Shown: positions 49,042 to 59,149, counted from the stretch's first letter. The stretch is DNA of 64,000 bases from Candidatus Nomurabacteria bacterium (GCA_023898465.1 CP060223.1:1018587-1082586); one strand, 5' to 3'. Numbers and translations: made by a program. Notes: generated by a model not told the origin, from the letters alone.

Positions 49042-51126
49042 TTAGATGAAGAGTGGAGCCAAGACCAAGGTCAGGGTTGCCAACAACTTGATCAAGACGT
49101 GCAGTGATGGACCAGCGGTATCCTTTAATGGATCACCAACGGTATCACCAATAACGGTAGCTGCGTGTACCTGACTTCCTTTGGCTTGAATGTTGCCATT
49201 GGAATCTTTGAACTTACCTGATTCAATGAATTTCTTTGCGTTGTCCCAGGCGCCACCACCATTGTTCATCACGATAGCGAGCAAGACACCGACAATGGTG
49301 CCGATCATTAACATTCCGGCAACCGCTTCTGCTCGGAAGATAAGACCGACTAAGATTGGGACAGTGACGGCAATGATACCTGGCAAAACCATTTGGCGCA
49401 GGGCGCTCTTGGTAGCAATATCAACTGCTTGGCCGTAGTCAGGCTTTTCTGTGCCGTTCATGATGCCTGGCTTTTCGCGGAATTGACGACGCACTTCGTT
49501 GATAATCGCATAGGCAGATTTACCAACTGCTCGGATGGCCAATGAAGAGAAAAGGAAGATTAACATGGCACCAAGCATAGCACCGATGAAGACCGGTACC
49601 TTTGATAGGTCAACTGCAGTAATGAGATCAGGTGAGAGGTTATTTACTTCCTCAATATACGCAGAGAAGAGGAGGAAGGCAGCCAGGGCGGCAGAACCAA
49701 CCGCGTATCCCTTGGTAAGAGCCTTGGTGGTGTTTCCTACTGCATCCAAGGTGTCTGTCAGCTTACGGGTTTCTTCTGGGCGACCGGAGTTTTCGACAAT
49801 ACCACCAGCGTTGTCAGTGATCGGACCAAAGGTGTCCATAGCCAAGATATAAGTAGCTGTGACGAGCATACCCATAGTGGCCAGCGCAGTACCATAGAGA
49901 CCACCTTGCTCAACACCACTTGCATCACCGAGCAGGTAGGAGCCAAACAGTGTGGCTGCAATGGCAATGATTGGGAAGGCAGTGTTTTCAAACGCTACTG
50001 CCAAACCAGTAATGATGTTGGTTGCCGGACCAGTTTCTGAAGCCTCGGCAATTGAACGGACTGGACGATATTTATGTTCAGTGTAGTACTGCGTCAGGAG
50101 CATGAAGACAATACTCATGATGATACCGACTAAGCCAGCCAGGAAGAACCAGGTGGCTGCTCCACCAAACATTTCGCGAGTAACAAAGAAGAAGGCGATA
50201 GCGGACAAAAGGCTGGTGACATAGTAACCGCGGTTCAGGGCCTTCATAGGGTCTTCATTTGCTCGTGTGCGGACAACCAAAATACCGATAATAGAAGCGA
50301 TCAAACCAAAAGCCATGATGACGAGCGGGAAGAGGACACCCTTAATTCCAAAAGTTGGGAAAAGGGCCACACCGAGAATCATTGCACCGATATTTTCAGC
50401 TGCAGTTGATTCAAAAATGTCAGCTCCACGACCAGCGCAGTCACCTACATTATCGCCGACCAAGTCAGCAATCACGGCTGGGTTACGTGGGTCGTCTTCT
50501 GGGATGCCGGCTTCTACTTTACCCACGAGGTCAGCTCCAACGTCAGCTGCTTTGGTGTAAATACCACCACCGAGCTGAGCAAAGAGGGCGACAAAAGAAG
50601 CGCCGAATCCAAATCCGACAATCAAGCCAGGGATAGAGCGCTCTTCAAAGCCGAGCCAAGAGTAGACAAGGAAAAGGGATGATAAGCCAAAGAGTGCCAA
50701 GGCAACAACCATGATACCTTCCACGGCTCCACCGCGGAGGGCGATTTGGACGGCCTTGTTAAGATCCTGCTTATCAGCGGCGGCGGCAGTTTTTAAGTTC
50801 GCACGAACTGAAACGGCCATACCGGTGTAACCCGCAATACCAGAGCAGAGTGCTCCAAAGAGGAAGGCAAGTCCGGTCTGTGTGCCGACATCTAACTTAC
50901 CAAGGATGGCATAGACGCCAAAGATGAGTAAGGCGAGTGCAATCGACAGTAAAGCGATAGTGCGGTACTGGCGACGAAGGAAGGCTTTTGCTCCTTGGCG
51001 GATAGCATTTGCCACCTCTTGCATTTCTGAGGTGCCGTTATCTTGGCGATTTACCAATCGACCAAAGAATAGGGCGATAATGAGACCAGCTAAACTGACA
51101 AAGAAAGCGAGATAGATAAATTCCAT
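49042..51126 (-). CDS. hppA: Membrane-bound proton/sodium-translocating pyrophosphatase
   Basis: GDNVGDCAGRGADIFES, DVGADLVGK, about 16 TM segments. Confidence 0.95.
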   Translation of the reverse strand: MEFIYLAFFVSLAGLIIALFFGRLVNRQDNGTSEMQEVANAIRQGAKAFLRRQYRTIALLSIALALLIFGVYAILGKLDVGTQTGLAFLFGALCSGIAGYTGMAVSVRANLKTAAAADKQDLNKAVQIALRGGAVEGIMVVALALFGLSSLFLVYSWLGFEERSIPGLIVGFGFGASFVALFAQLGGGIYTKAADVGADLVGKVEAGIPEDDPRNPAVIADLVGDNVGDCAGRGADIFESTAAENIGAMILGVALFPTFGIKGVLFPLVIMAFGLIASIIGILVVRTRANEDPMKALNRGYYVTSLLSAIAFFFVTREMFGGAATWFFLAGLVGIIMSIVFMLLTQYYTEHKYRPVRSIAEASETGPATNIITGLAVAFENTAFPIIAIAATLFGSYLLGDASGVEQGGLYGTALATMGMLVTATYILAMDTFGPITDNAGGIVENSGRPEETRKLTDTLDAVGNTTKALTKGYAVGSAALAAFLLFSAYIEEVNNLSPDLITAVDLSKVPVFIGAMLGAMLIFLFSSLAIRAVGKSAYAIINEVRRQFREKPGIMNGTEKPDYGQAVDIATKSALRQMVLPGIIAVTVPILVGLIFRAEAVAGMLMIGTIVGVLLAIVMNNGGGAWDNAKKFIESGKFKDSNGNIQAKGSQVHAATVIGDTVGDPLKDTAGPSLHVLIKLLATLTLVLAPLFI

Positions 51127-51153
51127 ATCAGTGCGGATAAAAGGTAAATAATC

Positions 51154-52596
51154 TTATGAAGACTTTGACGCTGCTTCCTCCTCCACTGGAGCCTCGTCAT
51201 TTTTCTCTACTACTTCACCCTCGGTCGCTGGATTTGCTTCCTCAGGTGCGGCTTCCTCGGCTTTTTCTTCTTCAGCCGGTGCGGCCTCTGTTTCACTAGG
51301 TGTTTCGTCATCAGGTGATGCGCTTGCTTCGACCGGAGCGGCTTCACCCTCTTCACCTTCTTTTGCTTCACGTTGGGCCTGACGATCGGCTACATCTTGA
51401 CCTTCGCCGACAATGTCAATTTTCCAGCCAGTGAGTTTGGCGGCTAAGCGTACGTTTTGTCCGCTCTTGCCAATAGCCAGAGAGAGTTGATCTTCTTTCA
51501 CTTCTGCCACGGCAGCTTTTTCCTCTTCATTCAACTTGATGCTGAGGATTTTGGCCGGGGACAGGGCGTTGGAAATGAATTTCACTGCGTCATTTGACCA
51601 CTCGATAATATCAATCTTCTCACCGCTTAATTCAGCAATGATGGTTTGAACGCGAGTACCGCGCTGACCCACGCAGGAACCGACCGGGTCAATATTTTTC
51701 TGATCAGTGAAGACTGCAACCTTGGTGCGAGAACCAGCTTCGCGGGCAATCGCTTTGATTTCCACGGCACCACTTTGCACTTCAGGGACTTCAACCGTGA
51801 AGAAGCGTCGTACCATTTCAGGATGCGAGCGGGAAACAATGATCTCAGGGCCTTTTGGCGTAGTGTTTACCGAAACCACATAGAATTTCATGCGCAAGCC
51901 AGGTGCGTATTGCTCACGGTCTACTTGTTCTTGTGGTGGCATCAGGGCAGTGGCGTGACCGAGGTCAACCAGCACCATGCGTCCTTCCAGACGCTGTACC
52001 ACACCGGCGATAATTTCGCCTTCCTTATCTTTAAACTCTTGGTAAATAGTTTCACGTTCAGCTTCACGGAGTCGCTGCACAATAACCTGCTTGGCAGTTT
52101 GGGCAGCCATGCGTCCGTAGGCGGCTGGTGGGAAAAGCTCAGTCCAGATTTCTTCACCAAGCTCAGCATCTTCTTTCAGCGCTTTTGCTTCACTCAAACC
52201 AATCATGGTTTTAGGATCCCAGCGTTCTTCCTCTTCTTCATTCTCTGCTGCTTGTTCCTCTGCTTCCGCCTTAGCTTTTTCAGCTTCGGCATGCTTGGCA
52301 GCAGCTTCTGGACCCTGCTCAGCTGCTTCTGCAGCCGCGCGCTCGCGCTCTTCTCGTTCGGCTTCGTACTGGGCTTTTAACTCATCAGTACCGACTATTT
52401 TGACGTCAAAAACCCGGGCGGTGCCGGTTTCCACGTCAAACTTTGCTTTGATGTTTTGATTCTTTTCACCAAAGTCTTTGCGGTAGGCAACTGCCAAGGC
52501 CGCTTCGATAGTTGCAATGACCGAATCATAGGGAATGTTTTTTTCCGCACAGATTTGCTCGATTGCTTGCTTTATTGCTGACTCTTCTTTTGCCAT
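51154..52596 (-). CDS. nusA: Transcription termination/antitermination factor NusA with a Glu/Ala-rich insertion and acidic C-terminal tail
   Basis: NusA NTD, S1 and KH1/KH2 similarity (GKSGQNVRLAAKLTGWKIDI). Low-complexity E/A insert at about aa 80-150 and an E/A/P-rich tail. Probable start MAKEES. Confidence 0.9.
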   Translation of the reverse strand: MAKEESAIKQAIEQICAEKNIPYDSVIATIEAALAVAYRKDFGEKNQNIKAKFDVETGTARVFDVKIVGTDELKAQYEAEREERERAAAEAAEQGPEAAAKHAEAEKAKAEAEEQAAENEEEEERWDPKTMIGLSEAKALKEDAELGEEIWTELFPPAAYGRMAAQTAKQVIVQRLREAERETIYQEFKDKEGEIIAGVVQRLEGRMVLVDLGHATALMPPQEQVDREQYAPGLRMKFYVVSVNTTPKGPEIIVSRSHPEMVRRFFTVEVPEVQSGAVEIKAIAREAGSRTKVAVFTDQKNIDPVGSCVGQRGTRVQTIIAELSGEKIDIIEWSNDAVKFISNALSPAKILSIKLNEEEKAAVAEVKEDQLSLAIGKSGQNVRLAAKLTGWKIDIVGEGQDVADRQAQREAKEGEEGEAAPVEASASPDDETPSETEAAPAEEEKAEEAAPEEANPATEGEVVEKNDEAPVEEEAASKSS

Positions 52597-52940
52597 ATAG
52601 TGTTGTTCTCCATACAAAATGAACTAGCCTTCTAATGTGCTAGTCTGTAAACGAGTATAGCAGAAAATAGGAACACGTCAAGTGGAAAGAAAAGCTCCAC
52701 GCGGAGAGGGGTGCGTGGAGAGATAGTTATCGACCTTGGCCGGTCTGCTTCCAGTCCCTTTGAGGGGAGGTTGGCAATTTGGCTAGTATCCGCCAGATTC
52801 GATTATCCTCTCCGAACCTGGATGCCCACCTTAGCGCCTCCATTATGACCTGTCAAACAGTATTGCGTTGACGGTCTGGGCTGCCTGGCGTAGTCTGCTA
52901 GTGTTCTCAGGACAAAGATGCCGCAATGGGGGATAGGTGC

Positions 52941-53384
52941 ATGGAGGAATTGTTTCGGAACAAGGCTCTTTTCGCTGCGATTATCGCAGCCTGCTCAGCT
53001 CAGGTGCTCAAGTTTCTCTTGTCCATCTGGACAGAGCGTCGCTGTGATTGGTCGCGACTCTGTGAAACAGGAGGGATGCCCTCCGCGCATACTGCTGGAG
53101 TTGTTGCACTGGCGATAAGCGTGGGACGTCTGCAAGGTTGGGCGAGCGTGGCCTTTGCCATCACTGCCGTGTTTGCCTACATCGTGATCTACGATGCCAC
53201 CAATGTACGGCGGGCAGCTGGGCAGCACGCGCATCTCCTCAATCAACTCGTCGTGGAATTGGAGGAACTCTTCAGCGGCGATTTCCAGCCCGAACAACTG
53301 AAGACTTTGTTGGGGCATAGTTACCCGCAAGTTTTCTTTGGAGGTGTGGTCGGGGCAGTCATTTCTCTCTGCTTACTCCACTGA
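52941..53384 (+). CDS. Divergent PAP2 family (DUF212/YuiD-like) membrane protein
   Basis: GGMPSAHTAGVVALA ... IYDATNVRRAAGQHAHLLNQL. Promoter TTGACG-17-TAGTCT upstream. Confidence 0.75.
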   Translation: MEELFRNKALFAAIIAACSAQVLKFLLSIWTERRCDWSRLCETGGMPSAHTAGVVALAISVGRLQGWASVAFAITAVFAYIVIYDATNVRRAAGQHAHLLNQLVVELEELFSGDFQPEQLKTLLGHSYPQVFFGGVVGAVISLCLLH

Positions 53385-53468
53385 ACATAGTCGCCTTGTC
53401 TCTGACAGGGCGACTTTTGACGTCACCAGCATGATTCGTTACCTTAGAGAGAGAAAGGGGGTGGAGGA

Positions 53469-53543
53469 ATGTACGACGGCGATACATGCCCAAACTGCGG
53501 CGCTGAAAAGCAAGATGGCGTTTGCCCATCCTGCGGTCAGTAG
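53469..53543 (+). CDS. Tiny (24 aa) double CPxCG zinc-ribbon peptide MYDGDTCPNCGAEKQDGVCPSCGQ
   Basis: G-rich SD (gggggtggagga) upstream; terminator hairpin 53554-53595 (aaggcttgtc..gacaggcctt + T-run). Confidence 0.3.
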   Translation: MYDGDTCPNCGAEKQDGVCPSCGQ

Positions 53544-53646
53544 CTTCGGGTAAAAGGCTTGTCAGCACTTCAGGACAGGCCTTTTGCTTTTGTTTGATGT
53601 CTGAGCGTTAGTGAATGAGCAATTTAGGGGAGCGAGCGTAGCCTAA

Positions 53647-53844
53647 CTATTTCTTTAGAACGTAACCCTGTTGGAGACAATATTCGGTTGCGTATTGATC
53701 CGCTTCTTCTTGAGTGTCGAATTCTTTGTCCCAAAAGTCCTTCCTCTCATTTAGAGTAGGCCCATTTATAACAATACGCTGATAGAGCGGTACCCATTTC
53801 CCACTCTCAATCTGATAAGAAGCGGGTCTAAAGTAAATAGTCAT
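53647..53844 (-). CDS. Hypothetical small protein (65 aa)
   Basis: ORF only. Confidence 0.25.
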   Translation of the reverse strand: MTIYFRPASYQIESGKWVPLYQRIVINGPTLNERKDFWDKEFDTQEEADQYATEYCLQQGYVLKK

Positions 53845-53922
53845 GGTGATTAACTTAGCGAGCGAACCGGCTAGCCCGTGTTAGGCGCCGTATACCAAAA
53901 ATTGTTAAGCTTGGTTATTATC

Positions 53923-54129
53923 CTATTTTCGCCTGTTCTTTCTTTTTTCAACCATTTCTCGCACGAGAGCTATAACAGCCATTATCAAGGCAATGAAACC
54001 GATAGTGCCAACGGCAGACGCATAAATGGACTCGCCTCCAAGAAACCAGGACAGGATATATCCGATAGCTGCTACAATGAACAGGTGCCAAGCGCGTAAC
54101 GCCTTTCTTTTTTGATTGGTATTGTTCAT
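53923..54129 (-). CDS. Hypothetical small membrane protein (68 aa, 2 TM)
   Basis: Hydrophobic helices LFIVAAIGYILSWFL and IGFIALIMAVIAL flanked by K/R. Confidence 0.35.
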   Translation of the reverse strand: MNNTNQKRKALRAWHLFIVAAIGYILSWFLGGESIYASAVGTIGFIALIMAVIALVREMVEKRKNRRK

Positions 54130-54273
54130 AGTTCTCGGGTTAAAAATTGATAATTGTGAACATCTTGAGAGGTATATGGCGCCTAACGTTTGCGTCTATG
54201 CGATGTGGCGTCAGCCATATGGGTGGAGCAACCGGAGGGAGCGGAACCGGATAGACGCTGTTATGTGAAGTGG

Positions 54274-54792
54274 CTAGCTTATTACAATCGTGTATCTCTT
54301 AAATATTTTGTTTAGGTTTTTGTATATTGAAGTAGCCAATCCGAAGCTCCCAACGCTCTTTTCACTACCCTTTGGTTCGTCCGGAAAAAGAAATTCAGAG
54401 AAGTAACGGCACGAATGAAAAAAAAGATCGTCGGGATGTTGGGTTTCTTCGCCGATTCTCGCCTCGTAATTTTGTTGTACTGCATATACTGCGTCGCTTG
54501 TCTGTTTAATTTTATCATCGCTCCATCCTAACGACCGCCCACTCTTTTTTATAGAGTCATATGTAAGTACAAAAGTTTTTCCAACGTCAAAGACATTTTT
54601 TGAATTGACTGTTAAATACAGCGAGAGAAGGTGAAGTCTGAAAACTAGTATATATTCTTTCAGCTTACCGATATCCTGGTCGGTAAAGAACTTCGTATTT
54701 GAAAAATCAACCTTATTTTCAGACTTCAATATTTCATCTACAAGCGACTGAATAAACTCTTCGGCGGTTATCTTTTTACGGAATAGTGACAT
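54274..54792 (-). CDS. Hypothetical protein (172 aa), AT-rich relative to neighbours
   Basis: ORF with no recognisable motifs; compositional outlier. Confidence 0.4.
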   Translation of the reverse strand: MSLFRKKITAEEFIQSLVDEILKSENKVDFSNTKFFTDQDIGKLKEYILVFRLHLLSLYLTVNSKNVFDVGKTFVLTYDSIKKSGRSLGWSDDKIKQTSDAVYAVQQNYEARIGEETQHPDDLFFHSCRYFSEFLFPDEPKGSEKSVGSFGLATSIYKNLNKIFKRYTIVIS

Positions 54793-54931
54793 AAGTTGGT
54801 CTATTTAGATAAATTAGCCATTTCACACAACTCGTTCTTATGCGAATACCCCCATTCTCCTCCATTATACTGAAGCTGGCAAATATCTTTATTGACCCCA
54901 TACAAAAGCCCAATTACGCTATACTATATAT

Positions 54932-56680
54932 ATGACAACTTCTTTAGCTAAACAGCTTCGCGATATTCCTAAGCAACCCGGCGTGTATCTCTATTATGAT
55001 CGCCAGGGCGTGGTTATCTATGTGGGGAAGGCAAAGAATCTCGCCAAACGGGTGAAGTCGTATTTCCAACGCACCAAAGACCTCACGGCCGAGAAGCAAA
55101 TCCTAGTCCGGTCAATTCATCGTATCGAGACTATTGTGACCAGCTCGGAGATTGAGGCCTTGTTGCTGGAAGCAACCCTGATTAAGCGTCATCAACCCAA
55201 GCATAATATTGTGCTGCGGGATGATAAATATTTTCTCTATGTACGCATACCACTGGACGATCCCTATCCGCCGGTCGTGTTAGTTCGCAGCCTGAAGCGT
55301 GATCGCGCTCGCTACTTTGGTCCCTATACCTCGGCGTATAAGCTACGCAGCACTTTAAAGTTGTTGCGTAAAATTTTCCCATACCGTATTTGTCCAAACC
55401 CACCGGAGACGCCTTGCTTTGACGCGCAGCTAGGACGTTGCGCCGGGCATGATTTAGGGCCAGACAGTCGAGCGCACTATCAAGAGATTATTCAGGGCGT
55501 CATGCGTTTCTTGTCTGGTCACAGCACCGAGCTATTGAAGCAGCTAAAAAAAGAAATGCAGCTTGCTTCGCGCTCACATGATTTTGAGCGGGCGGCCGAG
55601 TTTCGTGATCGTCTGCAAGCAGCTGAAACAGTCGTAGCTGAGCAAAAGGTGGTTTCAGCGGCACGTGAAAATGAAGACTATGTAGGTTTCGCGCGATCAG
55701 GCTCACTGGTGCTGGTGAATCTTTTCCGAGTGCGCCAAGGTAAGTTGATAGGCAGCGAGCAGTTTCGTTTAAGTCACGCGGCCCAAGCATCAGAGGGTGA
55801 AACGCTGGCGGCTTTCCTAGAGCAATACTATGCCCAGAGCGCTGATCATCCCAGGCAGGTACTCTTACCTCTTTTACCCGACGGCATCCAGGAAATAACA
55901 AACGCTTTGCAATTGCCTTTTGTCATGCCGCAGCGAGGTAAGAAGAAAAAGCTACTTCAACTAGCTGCAGAGAATGCCAAGCTGCATTTGGATCAAGACG
56001 CAAAAACGGAATTGAAAGAGCGCGATCGTCGCACGAAGGCCTTAAAAGATTTAGCCCAGGCTTTGGGTTTGGCTAACGCTCCACGTCGCATTGAGGCGTA
56101 TGACATTTCCAACATCCAGGGTCGCAATCCAGTAGCCTCCATGGTTGTGGTAGAAGAAGGTGTGCCTAAGAAGAGCGAGTATCGTAAATTTATTATCCGT
56201 CATGTGAAGGGACCGGATGACTTTCATATGTTGGCCGAGACATTAGGGCGTCGCTTGCAACATCCTGATTGGACGAAGCCTGATCTCATAGTATTGGATG
56301 GCGGTAAGGGGCAACTCTCAGTTGTTCGCGCCCTGGTGCCTACCAAAATTCCCATGGTTGCTTTAGCCAAACGCGAAGAGGAAATTTTTTTACCCGAGAC
56401 AAGCAAGCCCGTCATGTTGCCGCGCGATTCAGAAGCGCTCTATCTCATGCAGCGCATTCGTGATGAGGCACATCGTTTCGCCATTGGCTTCCATCGACAG
56501 CGCCGTGGCAAAGAAGCGCTGCGTTCTCGCCTGGATGATGTCGAAGGTATTGGGCCAAAGACTAAGAAGTTGTTGAAAGAGCGCTATGGTACGGTCGCTG
56601 CTATTCGCTCAGCCAATTTCGACGACCTCGTGCGCTTGGTTGGCAAGGCCAAAGCAAGCCTGTTGCGCGAGATGCTGTGA
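54932..56680 (+). CDS. uvrC: Excinuclease ABC subunit C
   Basis: GIY-YIG N-terminus (GVYLYYDRQGVVIYVGKAKNLAKR), UvrBC domain, RNaseH-like and HhH C-terminus. Confidence 0.95.
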   Translation: MTTSLAKQLRDIPKQPGVYLYYDRQGVVIYVGKAKNLAKRVKSYFQRTKDLTAEKQILVRSIHRIETIVTSSEIEALLLEATLIKRHQPKHNIVLRDDKYFLYVRIPLDDPYPPVVLVRSLKRDRARYFGPYTSAYKLRSTLKLLRKIFPYRICPNPPETPCFDAQLGRCAGHDLGPDSRAHYQEIIQGVMRFLSGHSTELLKQLKKEMQLASRSHDFERAAEFRDRLQAAETVVAEQKVVSAARENEDYVGFARSGSLVLVNLFRVRQGKLIGSEQFRLSHAAQASEGETLAAFLEQYYAQSADHPRQVLLPLLPDGIQEITNALQLPFVMPQRGKKKKLLQLAAENAKLHLDQDAKTELKERDRRTKALKDLAQALGLANAPRRIEAYDISNIQGRNPVASMVVVEEGVPKKSEYRKFIIRHVKGPDDFHMLAETLGRRLQHPDWTKPDLIVLDGGKGQLSVVRALVPTKIPMVALAKREEEIFLPETSKPVMLPRDSEALYLMQRIRDEAHRFAIGFHRQRRGKEALRSRLDDVEGIGPKTKKLLKERYGTVAAIRSANFDDLVRLVGKAKASLLREML

Positions 56681-56728
56681 ATCCGCCCAGGATCAATTCC
56701 TGGGTTACGAGGTACAATATTGACATCG

Positions 56729-56754
56729 CCGCCCAAGCTCAATGCTTGGGCTAC
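56729..56754. repeat. REP-like palindromic element (ccgcccaagc-tcaat-gcttgggctac), copy 1, 3' of the RAYT gene
   Basis: 8-bp stem / 5-nt loop hairpin; identical 26-mer to copy 2. Confidence 0.8.
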
Positions 56755-56785
56755 TAGCGTAGGCGAAGTATTACTCTTTGCTGTG

Positions 56786-57265
56786 TCAAAGGAAATCAGG
56801 ATTATCTAAATGAATCGGTTCATTGAGACTAAGATATCGAGCCTTAGCTGAAGACCAAGGATAGTCTGTTGCTTCATTCACCAATCCTGATTGAACAGGG
56901 TTGTGATGAATATAAGCCGCTTTATTATTGTAGTCATTTTGATCCCGTATAATATGATCATGAAAACCATGCTGAATAAGTTGTCCGGATTTATTTTTTC
57001 TAATATTCCATTCCCGCGAAAATCTTCCATTGAGATGTCGTAGGGTGTTGCTAATCGAGCCATCTTTTGATGGACAAATAATGAGATGGTAATGATCAGG
57101 CATGAGCACGAATTCGTATATGCGAATCCCGTAGCGGACACGCAGTTGTATGAGAATGTTCAAAAAAATATTACAAGCAGTTTCGGAAAGGAATATATTG
57201 CGCCGCTTGTGCATGACCACAGTTACAAAGAAAGGGAGATAATAGATGTCTAGGCGCTTTTTCAT
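56786..57265 (-). mobile_element. IS200/IS605-family Y1 transposase (REP-associated tyrosine transposase, RAYT-like)
   Basis: HxH (MPDHYHLII) and Tyr region (FHDHIIRDQNDYNNKAAYIHHNPVQSGLVN..DYPWSS); flanked both sides by identical REP hairpins. Confidence 0.8.
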
Positions 57266-57273
57266 ATCAAACT

Positions 57274-57343
57274 CCGCCCAAGCTCAATGCTTGGGCTACG
57301 TAAAAATGTAATTCTCTGCGCAGGCGAAGAATTGATCTTCGCC
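57274..57343. repeat. REP-like palindromic element, copy 2 (identical 26-mer), plus a second hairpin ggcgaaga-attga-tcttcgcc, 5' of the RAYT gene
   Basis: ccgcccaagctcaatgcttgggctac at 57274-57299; ggcgaagaattgatcttcgcc at 57323-57343. Confidence 0.8.
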
Positions 57344-57523
57344 GTGCCGATTCAATGGAATACACAACATGACAACCTTTTTGATCGCCACTTCTTTACC
57401 CTATTCGCTTCTGTTTATTTGGTCAAGTTGGGTTGAAATATGAAAACTACCCAAACTTGAATAGTGCTGCTAGGATGAGGGTAAATCAGTACCTGGGTTT
57501 TTGGATGATGTAAGGAGGGCGAT

Positions 57524-58645
57524 ATGTCCGGTGTCCGGATACTTGGTTACGGCGCATACGTGCCCCAGTGGATCGTTGACAATGACGAGATGACACGACT
57601 CATCAACGAAGCTGTTCGGGCTGGACTTGCCAGTGGCGAGATCAGTGGAGACCTCGACGGACTTCTGTGCAATGAGGGTTTCATCGAAGCGCGAACAGGG
57701 ATTTGTGAGCGTCGCTTCGTGGTGCCGGGTCAAGCGAGTAGCGATTTGGCGGTGGGCGCGCTACAGTCCTGTGAACGCACGACTGGTTCAATCGAAGGAG
57801 ATGGGAGCTTCTTACGCATTGCAACGGTGACTCCGGATTATCCGGCCTCACCTCCTACGGCAGCTGTTGTTCAAGAAGCTATGGGGTGGCCCTGCGCTCA
57901 TCCCGATGGTCGCTTGATCGATCGGCTGGTGGGAGATGGTTCGGCTGCCTGCACTAGCTTCGTCACCGAGCTGGCCCTAGCTGAAGCGTTGCTGAGGTCA
58001 GGGAATCGACGGGCCGGATATGTCGTTGGCGCGGATGTGATGTCGACCTTGCCTGATCCTTGCGACCGGGCAGTACGCATCATTCTCGGCGATGGAGCCT
58101 TTGCGCTCCAACTTGGTGTCGGTGAAGAAGATGAGGACTGCTTCCTGCCTGGCGGAAAGAGCTTCTTCTTCGGATCTGACGGCAGCATGGCTGATTTGAT
58201 CAAGGTGCCGGCTGGTGGATCACGTCGCCCGGTTGGCTTGGATGATCTGCGTGGCGCGGTGCCGCGTTTGGCGTATCTGCACATGCAGGGCAACGAAGTG
58301 TTCAAGAAGATTGTCCGTCGCGTGACTGATGAAATCGTCTTGCAGGCATTGGCGAAAGTCGGGCTGCAGGTCTCGGACATTGACTTGTTCGTGTTTCATC
58401 AGGCCAATCTGCGTATGATCGATGCGGTGACGAAGCGCCTCGAGATTGAAGCCAGGACTTTCAACAACATTGATCGTTTCGGCAACACGACCAGTGCATC
58501 GATCGGCCTGTGTCTGGCCGAGGCGCACGCCAAAGACAGGCTCAAGGCAGGTATGCGCGTCATGTTGGTGGGCTTTGGCGGAGGCTTCACCTGGGGGACC
58601 TGCATTCTCCGTTGGCCCGACCTACCTGTCTGTTCTTTTCTCTAG
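57524..58645 (+). CDS. 3-oxoacyl-ACP synthase III (FabH/KAS III)-like condensing enzyme, GC-rich
   Basis: Thiolase fold; FHQANLRM (His), GNTTSASI (Asn), candidate nucleophile in GSAACTSF. Confidence 0.75.
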   Translation: MSGVRILGYGAYVPQWIVDNDEMTRLINEAVRAGLASGEISGDLDGLLCNEGFIEARTGICERRFVVPGQASSDLAVGALQSCERTTGSIEGDGSFLRIATVTPDYPASPPTAAVVQEAMGWPCAHPDGRLIDRLVGDGSAACTSFVTELALAEALLRSGNRRAGYVVGADVMSTLPDPCDRAVRIILGDGAFALQLGVGEEDEDCFLPGGKSFFFGSDGSMADLIKVPAGGSRRPVGLDDLRGAVPRLAYLHMQGNEVFKKIVRRVTDEIVLQALAKVGLQVSDIDLFVFHQANLRMIDAVTKRLEIEARTFNNIDRFGNTTSASIGLCLAEAHAKDRLKAGMRVMLVGFGGGFTWGTCILRWPDLPVCSFL

Positions 58646-58849
58646 TGCTTCCACGCCAGCCTATACTTCACGAGTCTAGGCTGGTTTTTCCTTTATCTAA
58701 TATATATAGCATCCCTCGACTTCTCGACTTAGCTCGAAGCTCGGGATGATTTTGCTATTTTTTTGTGTTGGGAAAATCAAAACCGCCCGATGGGACGGGC
58801 AGCGTTCTACTGAGTGTGGGAGCAGTGCGAAACGTGCTCCCAGAGTGGG

Positions 58850-59013
58850 TTAGTGTATCGTTGTGAGGTGTGCTCCGCAGGCCAGAGCAACAGCCATGAT
58901 CATCGGATCGGCCAGAACCAGAACCACCAGGACCTTGACCCAACCAGGCGTCTCGCGCCAAACCTGAATCATCTGCTTTCCAACAGCGATGCATTCCTTG
59001 CACCAGTGCAGCA
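58850..59013 (-). CDS. Hypothetical small membrane protein (54 aa) with N-terminal CxxC: MLHWCKECIAVGKQMIQVWRETPGWVKVLVVLVLADPMIMAVALACGAHLTTIH
   Basis: Purine-rich aaagggga 6 nt upstream of ATG; two downstream hairpins, the second followed by a T-run (about 58780-58815). Not in the ORF track (<60 aa); competing + ORF 58814..59041 lacks an RBS. Confidence 0.3.
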
Positions 59014-59149
59014 TGTGAGATCCCCTTTCCGAAACATGTGAACGAACGACCCAAACTCTGAGCGCAGTGTACTCTTTTCTTTCACCAATACAAGGGTAGG
59101 CAAAAAGCTAACCCTTGACTTTCTCAATGGATGTGCTGAGGTCTATTTT

